Assembly: GCF_018350175.1 (NCBI RefSeq)
Contig: NC_058383.1
Span: 39,060,001 to 39,124,000 of the forward strand
DNA length: 64,000 nt
Direction of reading: 5' to 3'
Source of the DNA: Felis catus
Taxonomy: Eukaryota
Part shown: one piece after another, positions 56,008 through 64,000 of the stretch
How the letters are laid out: every line of letters starts with the position of its first letter
Position numbering within the stretch: position 1 is the first letter of the stretch
The notes under the pieces: generated by a model
Seen by the model: only the letters and a program-made list of their open reading frames with translations
The model's database searches: none
What the model was told of the DNA's origin: nothing
Made by a program: the position numbers and the translations under genes

Positions 56008-56899
56008 GGCCGGAGTCGCGGTAGATCCGCCGGCCCGCCGGGCCCCACGCTGCTGCCCTCGGGGTGGGGGTGGGGGGCGGAGAGCGAGCCCGGGTCCGAG
56101 GCTCTGCCCGCTGGCCCGCAATGCCAAGCAATCCCGGGCGGCCCCAGCCGAGGCCCAGAGGTGGGAGCAGCCGCGGGCACGCCCCGGGCCAAGCGCAACA
56201 GCGGGGATGCTGGCGCGTCCTCCCGCTGGGCCTGGAGCGATGACAGGAGTCGCCCCCGCTCCCGGCGCCTCCGCCCGCGGAGGCCCCACCCGTCGCCCGC
56301 CGTTGCACTCACCCACAGAGGGCCGGGTCGAGCAGGTCTCCCGGCCTCCCAGGAAGGGCCGAGGGCGGGCGGGGCCTGGGGCGCCCCGGCCGCCGCCTCC
56401 TCCCGGCTCTAGCGACGACGGGCGAGCTGTGCCAGGAGGGGGTGGGGGGCGCAGTAGGCGCAAGCCTGGGCCCGGCCGGGGGCGGGGCTGCTCGGGCCGG
56501 GAAGGAGGGAGGAGAGGGGAGGGGGCCTCGTCGGCAGAGCCGGAATCAGAAGCAGATTCAGACACTGGCGGGGCCAGCGGGGGAGGGGGCTGGGAGGCCC
56601 GCGAGCCGGGGGAGGGGCCGGGGAGCCAGGAATGCGGCTGGCGGGAGGGGTCTGGAGGGGGCCGCTCAGCCACGCAGCCCGTGGGGGACCACCCAGCAGG
56701 GTCCCCGGCCTGCATCCAGGCCCTGACTGCTCCTGGGGCTGTGCCACGTGCTGGGCGGGGGTCTGGCCGCCTCCTCCCTCAGGCCCATCTGGCAGACTGG
56801 GCTCTGGATCTGAAGGCTGGTGCCCCGATGCTCCCCTGGGTCCCTACAGGGAACACTCAGGGCTGGAGGAGCCAAGCAGAACTGGTGGTTATGGGATGT

Positions 56900-57110
56900 C
56901 CCCAAGGCAGTGGTGTGCACGAGCAGAAAAAAACCGCACCTTTGGGACCAGGTCTGATTTTGAATCCAAGCTGCTCCGACTTCTAGTCCTGTGGTTCAGG
57001 TTCCTTAACCTGAGACTGAGTGTTTTCACTGGACAGATGCCTGTTACTCAACTTTGCTGAGCCATCGGGGAGGTTTGATGAGCTACCTAGGTATCGGACT
57101 CAGCCAGGGC
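56900..57110 (+). mobile_element. MIR SINE remnant
   Basis: 'ggtctgattttgaatccaagct...ccttaacctgag.ctgagtgttttcact' resembles MIR. Confidence 0.45.
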
Positions 57111-58358
57111 CTCTACAGACTGGAGTCTCTCCTGCTTTATGTTCAGGAAGGATGCATCCTCCCCGTCTGACCTGAGCTTACCTAAGTGATGAAATTGGCA
57201 TACCCCCTCCACCCCCAACCCCCAGATCAGGCCAAACTCTTGTCCCAAAGCATCTCTGGGTCTCTGTCTGATTGCCTCGCCATGATGGGTCCAGCCCCCA
57301 GAGCTGGCAGGGAGAAAGTGAAGCCGTGTGTGGGGGCCGGGGAGCCCACTAGGTAATAGGGTTCCTTGGGGTTCAGGGGCTTGGTCGGCAGTTGAGGACC
57401 CCTGTGCAGGGTAGGGAGTGGAGTCTGGTCCATGGGGAGGGCTTGGTCACAGACGGCTCAGCGTCAGAACCCCTGAGCCTGGCCCACTTCCCAGCAGGTC
57501 TGGGTAGAGAACCTGAGGTGGGAGCCCAGCTGGGCAGCCTGGTCACCAGGTGGGGAAAGGGCAGCTGCAGCTGACAGTGACCCAACCAAGAGAGACCAGG
57601 GATTGCTCTGGATAGAGACCACTTCCCCTGTTAGGTCTTTGATGGACAGGGCCAAGCATCCCAGGAAGGGGCAGCTGCGTGCACGGGGGCCAGGGAACAC
57701 AGGGACATGTGTGACCTGAGAGAAAGTCTGAGTCCTGAAGGTTCAGATGGGAGGCTCACCTCTGGCCAGGCCCTGTAGCTGGCGGAGGACGAGGACGCCA
57801 TGCAGATGCGTCTGTGTGTGCAGAGCCTCGCTTGCAGCCAGGCCAGAGAGACTGCGAGCACCCACAAGGAGAGGGTAGGGGGAGGCAGAACCTTCGTGTT
57901 CTTCGGGAGGGGAGGGACAGGAGGACGCTGGGACCTCCCCTGGGAAACCAAAGGAGAAGAGGAGAGAGCAGCATGAAGACAGGGTGATGGGGCACCTGAA
58001 GTGACAGGCACCCTCCAGCACAAATGCGGGGGGGGGGGGGGTTGGTGGAGGGGTTGATGAGATCACAGGAGACTTGGGAAGGATTGAGCCAGAGGGGCTG
58101 CTGGCCTCTCTCCCTTCACCTTTGGCAGCAGCAGGGAGTCTGCGGGTCCCCTCTGCCCCACAGAACAGGTGCCACGGTACCTCACCTCAACTTCCCGATA
58201 AAAAAATGCGCCCCTCAACAACAGATAGGTGCACGAATAAGGGAGCTGACAGCACATCCTGCTCCAGAATGAGTGACATTTGGAATTGGCACCTTCCCAA
58301 CCACCCCCTTCAACATCCCTTCTGGTCATCAGCGTCCAACTCAGCCTGGGATGAGCAG

Positions 58359-58416
58359 AGCCCTGGCAAGAGAGTAGAGGCTGCAATAGCCCTGGCAAGA
58401 GAGTAGAGGCTGCAAT
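58359..58416. repeat. Perfect 29-bp tandem duplication
   Basis: agccctggcaagagagtagaggctgcaat x2. Confidence 0.9.
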
Positions 58417-59313
58417 AGAACCTTCTGGGTGACTAGCTGGCCACGGTGGGGAGACGTGCCCAGGCCCAACATGCAGGTTCCACAGAGCCTGAGACAAGCT
58501 TCCAGGGAGCCCCTGGCTGAGTGCGCTTCAAGACTCCTGGCAAGAGGGAAGAAAGGAAATCAGGGAGCAGGCTCCCCTCCAGCTTCGGGCCAGCCTGTGC
58601 AGGCTTTGTCTGCAGCCCAGCTTCCTCCTGAGTCGGGCGAGGGGCTGCAGAACATCTGGTGGTTTCTGGTGTGGGTGGAAAGAGGCCCCCAGGGCTCAGC
58701 CTGCTGCCAGTGTTCATCCCTGTTAGCAAGCCGGGAGTTGCGGGCCCAGAGGGCGGCGGTACCACCAGCTCCCTGGGGAGGAGGCTGCAGGCAGCCCCAC
58801 CTCTTCCCTGCAATGACCACCCCCCTCCCCCCCCCCCCCCCCCCCCCCGCCTGCACAAATTCTCTTCTGGCCCCTAGGATGGCCCTGGCAGATGGCCTGA
58901 TGAGAGTTAAGCCCAGCCCCCAGTGCAGGCTCAATGGCTCCGGAGGGCTGGCCGACCTGTCCCCAGCCTGTCACACCTTCTCAGCCGGTCCTGCCCCATT
59001 CTGGCACCTTAGAAGAAGCTCCGCCTCCCTGCCCCCCCCCCCCCCCCGGATCTTCTCAGGCCACTACAGTCCTCCCATCCCCACCGCACGGTCCCCCGCC
59101 CCCACCCTGTCGGAGTGACAGCTGCTGGCTTTGGGGCAGGCAGGGAACCCATCTGGGGGAGAAGGGGCCCAGGGGGCCAGATGTCCCAGGCCTCAGGGGG
59201 CTGGGGTCTCTCCCTTAAAAGGCCAACTGATCTAACACTCCCGGCCTAGCCCAGGACCTACTGTCCCCTCCAGACCTTTGCAAGCCACAACTCGTTCACA
59301 CATAGCACAAACA

Positions 59314-59319
59314 TTTATT
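59314..59319 (-). terminator. AATAAA polyadenylation signal for the TMEM100/PIRT-like gene
   Basis: ~445 nt after the stop; followed by GU-rich tgtttgtgctatgtgtg; embedded in an L2-like 3' end motif. Confidence 0.55.
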
Positions 59320-59762
59320 GAGCGTCTATTATGCCGAGAGGGGCTTCCAACCCAGCAGTGAGGACAGACAGCAGGGGGAGGGGCGTACGGCACGCTGCGC
59401 CTCGACCCGGGAGGGCGGCCCCCGCCAAGTCCGTGGCCTTCTTGCACCCTGCATCCCCGGCAGGGCCCCCGTGCCAGGCAGACTCTCTCTGTGGTCGCCA
59501 CCCGCTCTGCACGCCAAGCAGAACACTGAAAAGCAACATTGGGAGGAGGGGGGAGAGGCGAGAGGGGAGAGCACAGGGAAATGTCTCGTAGCTCGCACGC
59601 CCTTGGCCTCCTAAGGGCTTGGGAAGAAACGGTCGAGGGAGGGGGCCTCCGCGACCCGCCACCCGCGCGCTGCGCTGCGCGCGCCCAGCCGTGGTGAGGT
59701 CCGGAGGGAGGAGGCGCCCGGCTCGCGGTGACTTCGCTGGGGAGGGGGCCGCCCGCGCGGGC

Positions 59763-60101
59763 TCAGGACGTCCCCGGCTCCCGCTGCCCCGCGCGCCCGG
59801 CCCGCCGCCGCCGCCGAGCGTGCCAGCACAGGAAGGCGGCGGCCAGGAGCCCGAGGCCCGCGCCCAGCGCGGCCAGCGCCACGCCCTGCTCCGGGTCCAG
59901 GCGAGGTCCGCGCAGCGAGAAGGTGATGGCTGTGGCAGCGGCGCCGGTCACCAGGGCCACAACGCCGAACGGCAGGACGCAGCGCGGCCAGGAACCCCCC
60001 ACGCCGCCGGTGGCCAAAAGCAGCGCTCGCAGGGCCCCGGGGGGTTCGGGGGACGCGAGGGGCTCGGCAGGGGCCGCGGGTGGGGGCTCGGGTGCGCTCA
60101 T
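59763..60101 (-). CDS. Putative TMEM100/PIRT-family two-transmembrane protein, 112 aa, single coding exon
   Basis: LLLATGGVGGSWPRCVLPFGVVALVTGAAATAITFS...ALAALGAGLGLLAAAFLCWHARRRRR aligns by eye with TMEM100 (LMAATGGTELSCYRCIIPFAVVVFIAGIVVTAVAYS...LLASSALCWKVRQR, from memory). ATG context ggcATG; lies in a CpG island. Confidence 0.72.
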   Translation of the reverse strand: MSAPEPPPAAPAEPLASPEPPGALRALLLATGGVGGSWPRCVLPFGVVALVTGAAATAITFSLRGPRLDPEQGVALAALGAGLGLLAAAFLCWHARRRRRAGRAGQREPGTS

Positions 60102-60169
60102 GCCGCCGACGCGGGGGCCGCGTTCAGGGTGGGTGTGGGAGCCCGCGCAGACCCCACTCCCGTCCTCGA

Positions 60170-60280
60170 CCGCCACGTCAGTGCGGATTGGCCCGGGATG
60201 CGGTGACGCCACCGGGACGCCGAGGAGAGGAGTTCGCTGCCGCCTCCTGGCTTGGCGTTGAATCTGGGTGGGCGGGTGCA
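60170..60280 (-). promoter_or_regulatory. Candidate promoter of the TMEM100-like gene (CRE/E-box-like TGACGTGG, CCAAT box, GC box)
   Basis: ccacgtca at 60173-60180, attgg at 60186-60190, gggcggg at ~60270. Confidence 0.45.
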
Positions 60281-61164
60281 ATCTAGAGGGGGCGCCTACC
60301 CAGACCTTTGCTCTCATCCTTCCAGACGCTACGGGGGTCACCTCCCTGCCCAAGCGCGGGCAGGACAGCCCTCCACAAAGACATCACCAGGACTGGTCCT
60401 GATAGGTGGGTCATGGAGTCCACAACCTTTGGGCACCCATCTGGGCCTGGCCAGGGATCGAGGTGGACTGCACCCCTGCCCTCATGGGGCAAAGGTCCAG
60501 TAGGGAAGGTGCATAATAAACCAAGTGAACTGGTGGATTAAATAATTTTGGTGGAGGCCACTGGTTATGGAAACTAGTTTTCGGGTGGCCAGTGACAGGG
60601 TGGTGGTGGGACTCACCCTGGATATGAAGGGTTCCTCAAGATCAGAGTAACTGGGCATGAGCTCTGGAGACAGTGATGACAGTGGTCAGGAGAGGGGGGT
60701 GGCTGTCCCCAGGCTCCCTATCTCTTGGCTTCCCTTCTCTGTTCCTGCCCTGGGCAGTGGACATTGCTATTCCAGTCCCTAGAGGCCCCTCAGTACAATG
60801 AGGAGTGGTTTAGGTTTCCTACATTGGTCTATCATCTGGTTCCCAGCAGGCCACAAAACCTGGGATTCCATGTTCAAGGTTTCTGGCCTGTGGGACTGCG
60901 GGGGCTTTTATAAGAAGGACTTCCTGCTGCGGCCCAGAGCTATCTCGGGGCTGCTTCAACATCACTCGGTCCTTCCCCCATACCTACTACCCCTCATCGG
61001 CTCTCAGGAAACCAGGGCTTCTCCAGGGGTTTCCTGGGTCTGGATCCCCCTGGGGCAGAGGCTGGTTTTATTCCCTAATTGCTCATCGCTGTCCACACAA
61101 AGGGCCAATGCCCCAGCTCTGAGGATCTTGCTCTGCACAGGTGATCAGTAATGGTTTTTGTTTA

Positions 61165-61349
61165 ATATAATGCTTATTTTTGAGAGACAGAGAAGATGAG
61201 CGGGGGAGGTGCAGAGAGGGGGACAGAGGCTCTGAAGCCGGCTCCATGCTGACAGCAGAGAGCCGGATACTGGCCTTGAACTCACAAACGATGAGATCGT
61301 GACCTGAACCAAAGTCAGATGCTCAACCGACTGACCCACCCAAGCACCC
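61165..61349 (-). mobile_element. Can-SINE
   Basis: Reverse SINE body; TSD-like cagtaa.gg. Confidence 0.85.
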
Positions 61350-62726
61350 TCAGTAAAGGCTTAAAGAACACCAGATTCCCAGGCCTCACCAGGGCCCAGC
61401 ACTGTGTAATCTGTCCTCACCCCCGACCCAGCGGTAATAACCACTGCTGTGGGTGCGCGGGCTCCTTGGGAGCATCCGGGTGTCATCTGAAACTGGCCCC
61501 CACGTGCAGAGGGCAGGGAGAGACTGAAGAAGGAGGCAGGCCACTCCAGCCGGGTGGGTGGCAGGGTCAACAAGCAAACGGGCCTTACCTACAAGACGCG
61601 CCCACCAGAGCTTAGAGGCTGATGTCTCGGGAGGCCCTCAGCGGGCTCAGCCGTGTACCCCGTGCAGGTGTTTAAAGTATCACATCACTACCTCAAGGCT
61701 GTGTCCTCGGAACAGACCCTGGGAGTGACGAGGCAAGTGGAACCCACATTCCGAGGACAGGGGAGGGGGCGAGGAGCCTCCCGCTGCCCAGATCCAGCTC
61801 ACGGGTCAACGGGTGGTCACGTCTCTTCAATTACCTCTCCCAACAACTAACCCCAGAATGACAGTGAGGACAACACTGGGCCCTTGAGAATCTTGCTAAA
61901 AGTCCCACAGCAGCAATTAAGAGTAAGCCCAACCCTGTGACTGGTTTAAACCCAGAGGTCATGACCTTGACCTGTAAGTTGTTTTTTTGTTCCACAAAGC
62001 AAGGATTCCTTCAGCAGGGGAGGCAGGGGGGAGGGTGCCCATGCTGGCCACAGCAACAGCTGTGGGGTTGGTGAGCACAGATGCCACGCGGTGCCCACCC
62101 ACTCTGATATAGGCTTGTGGCTTTTGTGTTTTCCCATGAGCCCAGTACAGTCTAGGGGATTGGAGGGAGGGGTTTCAGGTGTGCTGGGGTCAATGCTGGC
62201 AGAAGTCCCCAGTCCTGCTCGCCTTCAGTGGCCTTTCCCTCCCTTCAGTATGTGTTCTCAGTGAATACACCTGATGCGTCTCGGTGAGCAAAAACACGCA
62301 TCAAGTCCCATCTTAGTGTGATTTCAATATACGTACTTGCTAAAGTAGTGTTAATGTCACACAAGTGGCTTATAGATCTAACGCGAGAAGAAACAGAAGT
62401 ACTACAAAAAGCCCCAGAAAGGCCTCCGGTCTCAGCCTGGGGAAGGCGAAGCCAAGCGGAGGTCTGACTACTCGCTTTAGCTGCTGTGAGAAGGGCCCTG
62501 GGTTCCTCAGGAAGAGCCAGGGGACTGTCCTCAACCACCTGGGAAAGCTGGTTTACCAGGGTGGGTACACCATCTCTGCATTGGAAATCCTCTCAGTCCC
62601 AGTTAACTAGTGGGGGGCAGGGAGTGGTCTCCCAAGAGTCTCAGTGTCCGAACAAGGTCACCCTCATGCCAGGGTCCTGAGGCCTGGGAACGGGGCTCGG
62701 GGGTGGCAGCCGGCCACAGGAAAGGT

Positions 62727-64000
62727 TCAGTCGGCAGGTTCATCTCGAAGGACGGTGAGGAAGCGCTCCCCTCCCTCGCAAAGCAGGCTGTGCACAGCTC
62801 GGCAAAGCGCTAGCCAGTGTGGCCCCTGTGTGCCCACCAGGGGGAGGAGTTCCGCCATCAGGACCTGAGGGGTAACAAAGAGTTAAGATCTCAGGAGGGC
62901 CCGGGCCCTGTCCAGGGAGGGCTCACAGAAGGCCCTGAATTGAGGCAATTCCAGGGCGGGCTTCAGGCGTGTGTTCCCGCCCCTCCCACCTTCTAAAGCT
63001 CTGCCCCTGGGCCAATGCTGTGTCAGCATGCACACAAGCCCAGAAGCCCCATCTTCAGATGGACCGAAGCCCACGGCTCCCCCGTCGCCCAGTCTCCACG
63101 CCCCTACTCCGGAAGTACCTTTTCCAGGTGGATCTGCTGGTCTAGCATGGCCACCCGCAGCCTCAGGGCCTCTAGAGTCTGCAACTCCTGGGTGCTGGAG
63201 TAGAGAAGAAGCTGGGGGCTCCAGATAGGGTCTGTTCCTCCTCCGCAGGGCAGTGAGGCTCCGGGGCGTCTCCCCACAGGCCACGGCCCCAGCTGCTGTC
63301 CCGCCACTGCTGTGAAGGCAGGGGGAGGTGGACTCATGGGGTGGCAGCCAGGGACCTCCTCCCCATCTGCCTCTGGGGGGGGCAGTGCAAAGTCAAAGGT
63401 TTGCCTCCTAGATGAAGCCTCGTTATCCGTGAAAAATCACCTCTAGTGACACAAAGCAAGCCAGGGGCCGGTATGTCTCTGCTTCTCACACGCCACCCTC
63501 AGTGACTAGGAAAATAAGCTGACTGTTCGCAGAGCCAGGGCCCGTCAGGGGAGGGGCGCGGGGGGGGGGGGGGGCAGGTCTGGCTGGTCCCGTGGGACAG
63601 TTCAGTGGGGGGGGGGGGGGGGGGGGGGGCTCCAGAAAGGACCTGTCCTGAGTGTCCTTGCTCCTGAGCAGCTGTTAATGGTGCCTTTTGGCTCTAGGAC
63701 TTCGACCACTGACAAGACTTCAGCACATACTGAGGGGTGTGTGTGTCGGTGGGGAGGGGGTCTCACCTGCACGCAGCTCCTGCAGCCTGTGGAGACACTG
63801 CTCCGTGATGGCCTGCAGCCCCTCCAGGGTAAGCAGGCAGCGGTACTCCTGCATGCAGTCAGCAGGGTCTATGTAAAAGTCAAGGGAGAGCATAGGTCAG
63901 GTCCACACCAGTCCCAAGCCCTCCCTGGCCCAAGACACGCAGCAGGGCCCACTGACCTGCTGAGAGCACTTCCTCCATTCGCCGTCTCAGCAGCGAACAG
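62727..64000 (-). CDS. TEDC2: Tubulin epsilon and delta complex protein 2 (C16orf59), last four coding exons (partial gene)
   Basis: Exons (>64000)-63957, 63868-63767, 63309-63119 and 62864-62727. Peptides MQEYRCLLTLEGLQA, SPQLLLYSSTQELQTL..LRVAMLDQQIHLEKVLMAELLPLV and WLALCRAVHSLLCEGG; syntenic with NTN3. Confidence 0.88.

Noticed and set aside
55781-56986. 401-aa plus-strand ORF and long upstream extensions of the NTN3 frames
   Set aside because: Low-complexity Gly/Pro/Arg translation of a CpG island. The true start is the signal-peptide ATG at 56007.
60102-60353. In-frame upstream extension of the TMEM100-like ORF (ATG at 60317)
   Set aside because: It overlaps promoter-like motifs and shows no family similarity, so the ATG at 60101 is preferred. 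The longer form cannot be fully excluded.

Overview
Mammalian, very GC-rich genomic DNA. The abundant tRNA-derived Can-SINEs look feliform (SINEC_Fc-like), so the source is probably a cat or other felid. The region is syntenic to human 16p13.3 and is read here in reverse. All genes lie on the minus strand; in transcription order (right to left) they are the 3' exons of TEDC2, NTN3, TBC1D24, ATP6V0C and AMDHD2. A disrupted plus-strand CEMP1-homologous segment and an orphan CpG island sit at the left end. Exon structures built by hand from GT-AG junctions give 559 aa (TBC1D24, including an 18-nt microexon), 155 aa (ATP6V0C) and 409 aa (AMDHD2). NTN3 would give 577 aa but has a 1-nt deletion in exon 1. 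The most notable item is an intact single-exon 112-aa ORF between TEDC2 and NTN3 (59763-60101, minus strand). It encodes a two-transmembrane protein with clear TMEM100/PIRT-family motifs and has its own CpG island, CCAAT/CRE promoter motifs and an AATAAA, so it is a candidate third paralogue of these TRP-channel regulators. Other notable items are phase-compatible read-through splicing across TBC1D24, ATP6V0C and AMDHD2, clustered CLEAR/E-box motifs, and a GC-rich VNTR in AMDHD2 intron 1. All homology calls come from remembered protein sequences, not database searches.
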